A stretch of 41,712 nucleotides of DNA, taken from the IMG/VR virus record IMGVR_UViG_3300025292_000001; one strand, written 5' to 3'. Of the stretch, positions 13,762 through 21,646 are shown piece by piece (position 1 is the first letter of the stretch; the number at the start of each line of letters is the position of its first letter). The translations under genes were made by a program, and so were the position numbers. This stretch comes from a virus. The notes beneath the pieces are model-generated. The model searched no databases and had not been told where the DNA came from. It was given only the letters and a program-made list of their open reading frames with translations.

Positions 13762-14531
13762 TGGAAGCGCAAGTTATCACTCACGACAATCTGTTCGCAG
13801 CCCTTGCTGCGGCGCAGGGGGAGCTGAAGAACCCTGAGAAGACGAAGACGGCTGACACTGGCAAGTACAAGTACATGTACGCCGATATTGGCGATGTCCT
13901 CGAAGCGGTGATGCCGGTTCTTTCCAAGCACGGCCTAGCAATCACTCAGCCGACGACCATTCGAGACGGTTCAATCATCCTCATCACGCGCCTTGCTCAT
14001 TCATCCGGCGAGAGCATGGAGAGCGAGTACCCCGTTTGCAGCCTCAATGGCAACCATCAGGCTATGGGCTCGGCAATGACCTATGCGCGCCGCTATGCGC
14101 TCACGTCCCTTATCGGGGTCGCCGCGGTTGATGATACGGACGGCGCGGACTCTGCCCCTGTGGGCGAAGGTGCCAAGGTCAAGCTGTCCGCCAGCCAAGC
14201 AAAGACGGAAATTAACTGGGCAGAGATCCAAAAGGATATTGATTCCTGCACGACATTCAAACGCCTGGATAACTGGGCCGAGAAGATAGAGCAGCGCAAA
14301 GGTATCTGGCCGGAGTCCTACTACACCGCCGCCAAGGAGCGCGTTGAGTTCAACCGTCTCGATCTAGCCGAGCAGCAAATGACTGCTGCGAAGGACGTGG
14401 ACGATCTCACCAATATTTTCACCGACCTAGAAGCGATCCTTGAGAAGAAGGTTCCTTACGACGAGCTGGCGGCTAAGTATCGCCGGCACGAAGACCGACT
14501 TCTTTCGCTTCATCCGCTTAATGGAGGCTGA
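13761..14531 (+). CDS. erf: ERF-family single-strand annealing protein
   Basis: 256 aa. KYKYMYADIGDVLEAVMPVLSKHGLAI...GSAMTYARRYALTSLIGVAAVDDTDG is the ERF signature. Confidence 0.8.
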   Translation: MEAQVITHDNLFAALAAAQGELKNPEKTKTADTGKYKYMYADIGDVLEAVMPVLSKHGLAITQPTTIRDGSIILITRLAHSSGESMESEYPVCSLNGNHQAMGSAMTYARRYALTSLIGVAAVDDTDGADSAPVGEGAKVKLSASQAKTEINWAEIQKDIDSCTTFKRLDNWAEKIEQRKGIWPESYYTAAKERVEFNRLDLAEQQMTAAKDVDDLTNIFTDLEAILEKKVPYDELAAKYRRHEDRLLSLHPLNGG

Positions 14532-15012
14532 TTTGAGCGACCTTAACCAATGCACGATCACCGGCCGTCTCGGCGCTGACCCTGAAGTTCGTAGAAAGCA
14601 GGACGGCGCGCCGATCGTAAACTTGCGGGTCGCCAGCGCCGAGACTTGGCGAGACCGCAACAGCGGAGAACGCAAGGAAAAGACCGAATGGTTTTCCGTT
14701 GTGATCTTCTCCGAAGGCCTCTGCAAGGTCGCAGAGCAATACCTGAAGAAGGGCAGCCATGTTCTGCTTCAGGGCAAGATTGCTACGAGGAAGTGGCAGG
14801 ACACTTCGGGCAATGACCGATATTCGACCGAACTCGTTTTGCAGGGCTTCGACGCCAAGCTGATCATGCTGGATGGCCCGAGCGGTGAGAAGTCCGCAAA
14901 GCCAGAGCGTGAACAGACAGGTTACGACAGCCAGGATGAGCCGGCGCGCGGTGGATCGTATGCCCGCGACATGGACGACGATATTCCGTTTGCCCCTGAA
15001 TGGAGGGGTTGA
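14521..15012 (+). CDS. ssb: Single-stranded DNA-binding protein
   Basis: OB-fold N-terminus (NQCTITGRLGADPEVR...TEWFSVVIF). The acidic tail DMDDDIPF is followed by 6 extra residues (APEWRG). Confidence 0.85.
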   Translation: MEADLSDLNQCTITGRLGADPEVRRKQDGAPIVNLRVASAETWRDRNSGERKEKTEWFSVVIFSEGLCKVAEQYLKKGSHVLLQGKIATRKWQDTSGNDRYSTELVLQGFDAKLIMLDGPSGEKSAKPEREQTGYDSQDEPARGGSYARDMDDDIPFAPEWRG

Positions 15013-15014
15013 CC

Positions 15015-15272
15015 ATGAGCGAGCATCTTACTCTGAAGTGGGGCACGCTCAAAGGATGGGACCTTGAAAGCGATGCCAGCATGGCAGCTCTGCGTAAGTA
15101 CGTAGAGGGCGGGGAAGTCAGCATGAGCTGTATGGCTCAACATGACACCGATGCGCAAAAACAGGCTCTTTGCGAACTGATAGACGCTGTTGATGGTGAA
15201 ATCGTCAACGATTGGTCAGGCGAACCCATGACTAAGGAAGATGCCAAGAAGTACGTCATGGAGTGGGAATAG
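15015..15272 (+). CDS. Hypothetical acidic protein, 85 aa
   Basis: GGAGGGG SD. Start MSEHLTLKWG. Confidence 0.55.
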   Translation: MSEHLTLKWGTLKGWDLESDASMAALRKYVEGGEVSMSCMAQHDTDAQKQALCELIDAVDGEIVNDWSGEPMTKEDAKKYVMEWE

Positions 15273-15274
15273 CC

Positions 15275-15706
15275 ATGGCCTCGCGCTTCGTCCTCATCAA
15301 TGACCGGGTTCGCAACAATGCTCTGAAGGCTGTCCAGTCGGCGCCTGAAGGCTTCTCTGTGTCCGTATCGGAGCCGAAGCGGACCAATGACCAGAACGCA
15401 AAGTTTCACGCCATCGTGGCCGATCTTGCCAGGTCGCCTGTCAAGTGGGCCGGGAAGACCAGAACGCCGGATGAGTGGAAATCCCTGCTTATCAGCGGTC
15501 ATGGAGTGGCAACGAAAGCGGGGGGCGAAGTTATCCCCGGCCTTGAAGGCGAGTTTGTCGCCATTCGTGAAAGCAGCGCGCGAATGACAACGCGCCGCGC
15601 TGCCTCGCTCATTGAATACACCCTGGCCTTCTGCATGCAAAACGGCGTCGAGCTTCACCAGGCCGAGCGCCAAGGTTTTATCGACCCCATGAGAGGTGCA
15701 GCATGA
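15275..15706 (+). CDS. ninB: NinB/Orf-family recombination mediator-like protein
   Basis: 143 aa. EPKRTNDQNAKFHAIVADLA resembles the NinB motif. Sits next to erf/ssb. Confidence 0.55.
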   Translation: MASRFVLINDRVRNNALKAVQSAPEGFSVSVSEPKRTNDQNAKFHAIVADLARSPVKWAGKTRTPDEWKSLLISGHGVATKAGGEVIPGLEGEFVAIRESSARMTTRRAASLIEYTLAFCMQNGVELHQAERQGFIDPMRGAA

Positions 15707-15894
15707 ACGATTCCCAGAAGATCAAGTTGCTCGAAACAATCTGCGAGCGCCACCCGAATACGCGGATCGGGAATGCCCTGTGGCAGGTGAAACGCGCCGA
15801 GCGGAAGGAAGAACTTCGCAAGCCTTCCGAGCCTCAGTTGCCGCATCCGCTGGCCGTTGTGAAGCATATCCGCCGTTGGACGGGGCGTGCGTGA
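15703..15894 (+). CDS. Hypothetical protein, 63 aa
   Basis: ATGA overlap. Confidence 0.5.
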   Translation: MNDSQKIKLLETICERHPNTRIGNALWQVKRAERKEELRKPSEPQLPHPLAVVKHIRRWTGRA

Positions 15895-16298
15895 TGGGTG
15901 GTTTTCGTGTCGCGCCGCAGCAGTCATACACCTTCCCGAACAGGAAGCCGACCAAGAACAAGGACTATCTGTCCTTCATCCATGAGCTTCCTTGCGTCGT
16001 TTCCGGGAAGTCACCGGTCCAGGCTGCGCACCTGTCTTATGCCGCGCCTCGATACGGACATTACGGCCGGGGAAAAGGCAGCAAGGCGCCGGATCGTTGG
16101 GCTTTGCCGCTCCACGCAGATGAACACAGCCGCCAGCACTCGGGCAACGAAGAGCAGTTCTGGAAAGCGGCTGGCATCAATCCTCACGTCCTGGCCCTGA
16201 CCATTCACGGCCTCTTTTCGGACATGGGCGACGACGCCGTTCATTTTGCAACCGCAGTGATCAATCAGGCGCGCATCGATGCACGCAAGGGCCGTTGA
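15894..16298 (+). CDS. DUF968/Ref-like (HNH-related) protein, 134 aa
   Basis: KDYLSFIHELPCVVSG...AAHL...GKGSKAPDRWALPLHADEHSRQHSG resembles Ref/DUF968 family logic. TGATG junction. Confidence 0.45.
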   Translation: MGGFRVAPQQSYTFPNRKPTKNKDYLSFIHELPCVVSGKSPVQAAHLSYAAPRYGHYGRGKGSKAPDRWALPLHADEHSRQHSGNEEQFWKAAGINPHVLALTIHGLFSDMGDDAVHFATAVINQARIDARKGR

Positions 16299-16326
16299 CC
16301 CCCTTCATTCCCATAGGAGCAGTACA

Positions 16327-16746
16327 GTGAGCGAGACGAAACATACCGCAGAGCAGAAGGTGAAGTATCTCGTTCTTGGCGTCCATGCCAGGTTCAACGA
16401 CGGCGAGGTTGCGCCGTTGGCCGATTTGACCGGTGAAGAGATCGACGACGCGTATCAAGGCCTTGTCGATGCAGACGAGCATTGGGACGCACAAAGCGAA
16501 GTCCGCGAAGGTGAATTCGAAACCGGTCTCAAGTGCGACTGGTCTCGGCACTACGAATCCAAAGCCGTCGCGGCAAAGCTCCCTGACGGTTCTTGGGTCG
16601 GCTGGACCTATTGGTACGGAGGCGGAAAGCACGGCGAGCCTGAAGCAATCGAGTGGATGGATAGCGCCTACGATCTGACCTGCACCGAAGAGGAAAAGGT
16701 CGTGACCGTTCGCACGTTCTCCAAGGCCGAAGGATCGCTGACATGA
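16327..16746 (+). CDS. Hypothetical acidic protein, 139 aa (GTG start)
   Basis: GGAG lies 8 nt upstream of the GTG at 16327. Confidence 0.5.
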   Translation: MSETKHTAEQKVKYLVLGVHARFNDGEVAPLADLTGEEIDDAYQGLVDADEHWDAQSEVREGEFETGLKCDWSRHYESKAVAAKLPDGSWVGWTYWYGGGKHGEPEAIEWMDSAYDLTCTEEEKVVTVRTFSKAEGSLT

Positions 16747-17558
16747 CCGACATCACCGACGAAATGAAAGTCGCCGCCGTGGAGGCGTTGGCGTCGAGGC
16801 CTATCGGAACAGACGATCAAGTCGAAGCGCTTGCCCGCGAATGCGACTGGGACAATCGCAAGTACATGACGCCGAAGGACTATGCCATCTGGTGTGAACG
16901 GATGCGCAAGTTCGCTCGGCTCGCATCACAAACCCACGACAATCGAGCCTATACAGAACAACTCCGCCAAGCTCTTGAGCCGTTGGCACGCTTGGAAATA
17001 CCAGCAAAACCGCATGGAAACGCGGGGGCTTATTCCATCCGCCACTCTGACATTCAAGCGGCAAGAGCGGCGCTCGCCTCCCCCTCCATTGTCGCACCGG
17101 TGGGCGTGGGGGAATTGGAATGGGTAGATTATCACGATAGAGATCGAAGCGCGCCGCGATGGAAAGCAAAACACGCTTTCGGCGAATATATCATCATCCT
17201 CGATACGCGCGATATGGAGTATTGGCGAACGGATCTCGGCATCAGCAAGACGTGGTCTTCTCTTGAAGCCGCCAAAGCATCAGCGCAGAACGACTACGGT
17301 TATCGCATCATGTCTGCCCTCATCCCAGCAGATGAGCTTGCAGAGTCGCAGGCAGCTTCCCACGCCCTATCGACCACCAAGACAGAGGCGGATGGAGAGT
17401 GGGCCACGATGCGGGATCATATCGGCCGGGCATGGTCTGCTGTAGGCCATCACGAAGGAATTGAGATTTCCGTTCAACAAGATGCGGCTGACACTTGGAA
17501 CGCTCTATGCGCTCTTCTAGATCCTATGGCCCGCATTTCTGTGGAGACAAAAAGATGA
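16743..17558 (+). CDS. Hypothetical protein, 271 aa
   Basis: ATGA overlap. No recognised motif. Confidence 0.6.
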   Translation: MTDITDEMKVAAVEALASRPIGTDDQVEALARECDWDNRKYMTPKDYAIWCERMRKFARLASQTHDNRAYTEQLRQALEPLARLEIPAKPHGNAGAYSIRHSDIQAARAALASPSIVAPVGVGELEWVDYHDRDRSAPRWKAKHAFGEYIIILDTRDMEYWRTDLGISKTWSSLEAAKASAQNDYGYRIMSALIPADELAESQAASHALSTTKTEADGEWATMRDHIGRAWSAVGHHEGIEISVQQDAADTWNALCALLDPMARISVETKR

Positions 17559-18028
17559 GGAGGATGAGGAGATGGACCGCCCGTAAAATCCTCATTCACG
17601 CCGCGCTTGAATTTCGCAATCCAATAGGCGCGCTTCTCCATGACGAATTCGTGTTCCGCTGTATATGCGGTCAAAGTATTTGGCTCGCCGCCCTCGCCGC
17701 GCAGGGGGATGACGCACAGGAGGGGCCGGATAAATGCACCGGGGCTGACATGCGCATCATGGGTGAAGCCGCCGACCGCATCGAGAAGCTTGAGCGCGAG
17801 CTGGCCGAAGCACGCCGCCAGCCTGAGGGCCTATCGAAATGGGCCGGCTGGGATCAGTCGAACATGCCGTGGACCGAAGCCAAGCACAAAGATCGCGTCT
17901 GCTACGCGGCCTTCGGTGAAACTTGGTCGATGGAAGACGCCCACGCGCTGATCTCATTCATCGATCGTACTTGGGGAGCCAAGGCCCAGACTCATTCTGA
18001 AACGCGACAGGAGCAGAGCAATGGCTGA
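17555..18028 (+). CDS. Hypothetical protein, up to 157 aa (start uncertain)
   Basis: ATGA overlap at 17555. A later in-frame ATG (MRIMGEAADRIEKLE) is also possible. Confidence 0.45.
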   Translation: MRRMRRWTARKILIHAALEFRNPIGALLHDEFVFRCICGQSIWLAALAAQGDDAQEGPDKCTGADMRIMGEAADRIEKLERELAEARRQPEGLSKWAGWDQSNMPWTEAKHKDRVCYAAFGETWSMEDAHALISFIDRTWGAKAQTHSETRQEQSNG

Positions 18029-18281
18029 ACACGGAACGCTCCCCATGAAGTGCACGTGGAGAAAGCCGTCTGGCTTCTCCGAACCGTCGCACTACGAAAC
18101 CGAATGTATCGTCGTCGCCTTCATCTTCGGCAAGCACAGAGACGCATTCGGATACAACCAATCTGGCGAAACGCTCCTGTGCGTATTTCTAGACGAACAC
18201 GGCTTCATCCAGCACGCGCCGGCACGTCAGTTTGTCACCACCAACGCCCTCCGGCAGGGAAGAAAGGAGGCGGGGGAATGA
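18021..18281 (+). CDS. Hypothetical protein, 86 aa
   Basis: 8-nt overlap with the preceding ORF. Confidence 0.5.
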   Translation: MAEHGTLPMKCTWRKPSGFSEPSHYETECIVVAFIFGKHRDAFGYNQSGETLLCVFLDEHGFIQHAPARQFVTTNALRQGRKEAGE

Positions 18282-18517
18282 AGCTGATCACCAAAATCCG
18301 TTGCCGCCTTGGCTGGCACAAGCGCCTTGACGTTATCAATCGGTTCGGCGCGGCCGAGCATATCGGCTGCCCCGACTGCGGGCAGAGGTACGGTATTCAC
18401 CACGGAATCAAGGCTTGTGTCCCTTGGGACGCTGACATTCAGGATATGTACGAGCGGTTTGGCTACGACATTGAAGGCGCTCTGGCGGAATGGCGCCGCG
18501 TCAGGAGAGTGCCATGA
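18278..18517 (+). CDS. Hypothetical protein, 79 aa, Cys/His-containing
   Basis: ATGA overlap. CRLGWH...CPDCG. Confidence 0.5.
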   Translation: MKLITKIRCRLGWHKRLDVINRFGAAEHIGCPDCGQRYGIHHGIKACVPWDADIQDMYERFGYDIEGALAEWRRVRRVP

Positions 18518-18578
18518 CCTCACCCCTCATCCCACAGCGGGTTAGCGTCGGAATGCACAACAAAGCAAGGAGATGAAA

Positions 18579-18836
18579 ATGCTGACGAATGAACAGATCG
18601 AAGCCATAGCACGTGCGTACTGCGCCGCAATTGGCGCGGACCCGGATATGACTGTTGGCCATGGATATGGTGACACCATGACTGCGTCTGAGAAATCGAA
18701 AGACAATCATTTTGGAAGCGGAATGATACCGGCGATCGCGCTTTATAGCCCGCAGTGGATGCTGATGCGACCGCAAGTCGAACGCGAATGGGCCATCCGC
18801 AAAGCCTTTGAGGTCATGGAGGTGTCTGAGGCATGA
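18579..18836 (+). CDS. Hypothetical protein, 85 aa
   Basis: AGGAG lies 7 nt upstream of the ATG at 18579. Confidence 0.55.
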   Translation: MLTNEQIEAIARAYCAAIGADPDMTVGHGYGDTMTASEKSKDNHFGSGMIPAIALYSPQWMLMRPQVEREWAIRKAFEVMEVSEA

Positions 18837-19144
18837 CGACATCTGTTTTCACACCGTCGAAACTGGCGGAACGTTGGGAATGTTCGGAACGACATGTCCG
18901 CAACCTGATATCATCGGGCGAATTGCCTTCGTTCCGCCTTGGCGGCAAGCTGCTGAGAATCCGAAAAGAAGACGTGGAGAGTTTCGAATGCCAGAATGGC
19001 GGATTACCAGACTCCGAGGAGAGTTCTGTATCACCTGGGACGACAAAGATGGAGTCCGCAGACGTTATCGACTTGGCACCTCGGACGCTCAGGAGGCGTC
19101 CCGCCGCGCCCCGGCTAGATACGCGGAACTCACGCGTCCAGTAG
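18833..19144 (+). CDS. xis: Excisionase-type (MerR/AlpA-like) HTH protein
   Basis: FTPSKLAERWECSERHVRNLISSGELPSFRLGGKLLRIRKEDVESF is the excisionase DNA-binding domain pattern. Directly upstream of int. Its 3' 157 nt overlap int. Confidence 0.65.
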   Translation: MTTSVFTPSKLAERWECSERHVRNLISSGELPSFRLGGKLLRIRKEDVESFECQNGGLPDSEESSVSPGTTKMESADVIDLAPRTLRRRPAAPRLDTRNSRVQ

Positions 19145-19971
19145 GAACGACCGTTAAGGCCCTATGGGATAGCTACGTTCTCGATAAGACGGGATTGGCT
19201 GTCATCGGCACCATGAAGCACACATGGAAGGCTCTTGAGCCAAGGTTTGGGCGATTGGAAGGCTCTGCCGTCTCGATAGCTGATTGCCGCGCCCATACAG
19301 AAGAGCGCAGAAGCGCCGGCATTAAGGATGGGACCATCCACACAGAGCTAGGCCACCTTCGCATGGTGCTGAAATGGTCTGAGAATAACGGCCTTATCAC
19401 CAAGGCGCCCCATATCGAGCGCCCGCCAAAGCCAGACCCGAAGGAATATCACCTTACGAGGAAAGAGGCTGCCAGGCTGCGTTCATGCGCGAACGTCCCT
19501 CATATCTCACTGGCGATACGTCTTTTGATCGCCACAGGGGCCCGGAGCACCGCGGCTCTTGAGCTGACATGGGATAGGGTAGATTTCGAAAGGGGGATTA
19601 TCAACCTGCGGAATCCGTTCGATCGCGTCAGGAGGAAGGGACGCGCCGCCGTGCCGATGAATGATCAGCTACGGAAGGATCTGCTGGACGCGAAGAAGGG
19701 TGCCATGTCGCCATTCGTCATCGAATGGGCTGGCAATCGCGTGAAGTCGATTAAGAAGGGTCTGAAGGCCGCAGGGAAGGCAGCAGGGCTGCCGGAAGTC
19801 TCGCCACATGTGCTCAGGCACTCGGCGGCGGTATGGATGGCCGAGGACGGCCACAGCATGTCAGAGATTGCCCAATTTCTCGGGCACAGCAATACGAAAA
19901 TCACCGAAAAGGTCTATGCGCGGTTCAGCCCGAATTACCTGCGAAATCTCGCGTCGTCACTGACGTTCTAG
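18988..19971 (+). CDS. int: Tyrosine integrase, 327 aa
   Basis: N-terminal arm-binding-like domain MPEWRITRLRGEFCITWDDKDGVRRRYRLGTSD. Catalytic region ATGARSTAALELTWDRVD ... HVLRHSAAVWM ... FLGHSNTKITEKVYARF (R, HxxR, H, Y). GGAGA SD. Confidence 0.9.
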   Translation: MPEWRITRLRGEFCITWDDKDGVRRRYRLGTSDAQEASRRAPARYAELTRPVGTTVKALWDSYVLDKTGLAVIGTMKHTWKALEPRFGRLEGSAVSIADCRAHTEERRSAGIKDGTIHTELGHLRMVLKWSENNGLITKAPHIERPPKPDPKEYHLTRKEAARLRSCANVPHISLAIRLLIATGARSTAALELTWDRVDFERGIINLRNPFDRVRRKGRAAVPMNDQLRKDLLDAKKGAMSPFVIEWAGNRVKSIKKGLKAAGKAAGLPEVSPHVLRHSAAVWMAEDGHSMSEIAQFLGHSNTKITEKVYARFSPNYLRNLASSLTF

Positions 19972-20034
19972 GATTCCCTTTACGTAGTTCATTTGGTACA
20001 GTCTGAGCGCCATAACGGAGAGGCGAGAAACCGA

Positions 20035-20493
20035 ATGAGCGTACTTAGAGGCGCAACTACAAAATTCGTTGCAGAAGCATTCTCACAAGAAACCGATGAA
20101 TGCGTTATATGGCCCTTCTCTCTTGACCGGAGAGGATACCCACAAGCGCAGGATGCAGTTGGTTTTTACAAGCCGCATAGGCGCATCTGCGAGATGAGGC
20201 ATGGAAAGCCCCCAACAAGTAAACACCACGCCTCGCATCAGTGCGGCGTTAGGGCGTGCGTGAACAAACGCCACCTCTCATGGAAGACCCCAAGCGAGAA
20301 CGAGCAGGACAAGCGCATGCACGGCACGTATAGCAGGGGTCCTGCAAGGAAGCTGAGCGATGGTGACGTACGCGAAATACGCAGGAGGGGCAGTGAAGGA
20401 GAAAGTCTTTCTTCTATCTCACGGGACTTCCCGATCACGCACGGTTCTGTCAGAAAGATAATACTTAGGCACTCGTATCAGGACGTGATGTAG
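20035..20493 (+). CDS. HNH homing-endonuclease-like protein, paralogue 1 (152 aa)
   Basis: DECVIWPFSLDRRGY...HHASHQCGVRACVNKRHLSWKTPSENEQDKRMHGT plus a C-terminal HTH-like tail. Aligns with 20764..21369 and 35155..35736. Confidence 0.7.
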   Translation: MSVLRGATTKFVAEAFSQETDECVIWPFSLDRRGYPQAQDAVGFYKPHRRICEMRHGKPPTSKHHASHQCGVRACVNKRHLSWKTPSENEQDKRMHGTYSRGPARKLSDGDVREIRRRGSEGESLSSISRDFPITHGSVRKIILRHSYQDVM

Positions 20494-20633
20494 AAATGCG
20501 AAGTGCTCCATGGCACGGCCGAACCTGTGAATAAGAACGAAACATGATTCCGATGCCTGAAACAGCGAATTGTGTAGTGCTCCTTTCCCGGATATACAGT
20601 GGTTTCACCTGGGAGAAGAATGTTGACATCGTA

Positions 20634-20667
20634 GGGGTCACAAGTTCGATCCTTGTCACGCCCACCA
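20634..20667 (+). other. attP core: 3' end of a tRNA gene (variable region, T-arm, acceptor 3' strand, discriminator, CCA) without the 5' half
   Basis: ACAAG-TTCGATC-CTTGT (20640-20656), CACGCCC (20657-20663), A, CCA (20665-20667). No GGGCGTG 5' acceptor strand or D/anticodon arms upstream. Confidence 0.75.
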
Positions 20668-20730
20668 TCCTTCTTCCTTGTTTATCAAGACGTTGCGCGG
20701 TCCTAGTGGCCGCGTTTACGTATTTCTCAA

Positions 20731-20747
20731 CAGGTTCATTGAACCTG
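20731..20747. promoter_or_regulatory. Perfect inverted repeat CAGGTTC-att-GAACCTG (candidate Int arm-type site or RBS-proximal hairpin); GAACCTG also occurs at 20521-20527
   Basis: Read directly from the sequence. It lies 7 nt upstream of the AAGGAGG SD of HNH paralogue 2. Confidence 0.45.
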
Positions 20748-20763
20748 AAGGCAAGGAGGTTCA

Positions 20764-21369
20764 ATGGCCGATAAATTCAGGGCATGCGCCGTTCCAGGCT
20801 GCAATGGCAACGCTCACTGGACTAAGAGCGGAAGCACCATCCATTGCCAAAAGCACAAGACACGTTTGAGTAAATACGGCTCCGTTGACGCGGTCTTAAG
20901 GCCATCAAAAGGCGAGCCTATGAGATTCTACAAGGAAGTTGTCTTGAAATATGATGGCGATGAATGTCTTAAATGGCCCTACGCTACGGGCGCCGGCTAT
21001 GGAAGGATAATGATCGGTTCTAAATTAGAGTCAGTGCACAGAATGGCTTGCGAGGAGGAGAATGGCCCACCGCCAACCCCTGAGCACGAGGCGGCTCACT
21101 CCTGCGGCAATGGGCATCTTGGGTGCGTAACGAAAAGGCACCTCTCTTGGAAAACTTCTGCCGAAAACCAAGCTGACCGAATTGTTCATGGCACAGACAT
21201 GCGAGGGGAACGACACGTAAATGCGAAACTAACGGAAAAAGAGGTGAGAGAAATCATCGCCTTGAAAGGAAAGGAGAGGCAAGAAGATACCGCACAAAGA
21301 TATGGGGTAAAACAGGCGCATATCTCTTCGATTCAGGTGGGCAGATCGTGGTCTTGGATTGATCGTTAG
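20764..21369 (+). CDS. HNH homing-endonuclease-like protein, paralogue 2 (201 aa)
   Basis: N-terminal Cys/His module (CAVPGCNGNAH...HCQKH). DECLKWPYATGAGYGR...HEAAHSCGNGHLGCVTKRHLSWKTSAENQADRIVHGT. C-terminal HTH-like region. AAGGAGG SD. Confidence 0.8.
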   Translation: MADKFRACAVPGCNGNAHWTKSGSTIHCQKHKTRLSKYGSVDAVLRPSKGEPMRFYKEVVLKYDGDECLKWPYATGAGYGRIMIGSKLESVHRMACEEENGPPPTPEHEAAHSCGNGHLGCVTKRHLSWKTSAENQADRIVHGTDMRGERHVNAKLTEKEVREIIALKGKERQEDTAQRYGVKQAHISSIQVGRSWSWIDR

Positions 21370-21641
21370 CCTTCTCTCTTATACGCCTCGACCACTCTTT
21401 TAAGCACGCCGATCGCCGACCATGAGGCCATAGACGCCAGGCAGAAGGCTGCCACCGTGCTGTTGTAATCAGTCTTCCAATCTAGAAAGATAAGGGTGGG
21501 CTCGCCGAAGACCCAGCCGAACAGAATGCTGGAAGCGCCCCGCCGCAAGAATCCAGCCCTAGAGCGCGGTGGGTCGTACGAGAGAGACAAGAAAGCGCCC
21601 GAAAGGACGCCGACGATCTTTGCAATGAGGTTATCTTCCAT
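21366..21641 (-). CDS. Small membrane protein, ~91 aa, holin-like topology (ORF is open to a GTG at 21668)
   Basis: Hydrophobic segments IVGVLSGAFLSL, SSILFGWVFGEPTLIF and VAAFCLASMASWSAIGVL. The stop overlaps the HNH-2 stop (TTAG). Confidence 0.5.
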   Translation of the reverse strand: MEDNLIAKIVGVLSGAFLSLSYDPPRSRAGFLRRGASSILFGWVFGEPTLIFLDWKTDYNSTVAAFCLASMASWSAIGVLKRVVEAYKREG

Positions 21642-21646
21642 CTCGG

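Noticed and set aside
17474-17674. 66-aa minus-strand ORF inside the early-right operon
   Set aside because: It is isolated and antisense in a tightly packed plus-strand operon, with no SD. I could not exclude it rigorously, but there is no positive evidence.
20540-20667. A complete tRNA gene at the attP locus
   Set aside because: Only the 3' ~34 nt (variable region, T-arm, acceptor 3' strand, CCA) are present. The complementary 5' acceptor strand and the other arms are missing, so I call it an att core fragment, not a tRNA gene.
20465-20764. 99-aa minus-strand ORF spanning the attP region
   Set aside because: It runs antisense across the tRNA fragment and the intergenic DNA (its VTRIELVTPT stretch is just the translated T-arm). 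It has no SD and sits between two plus-strand genes.
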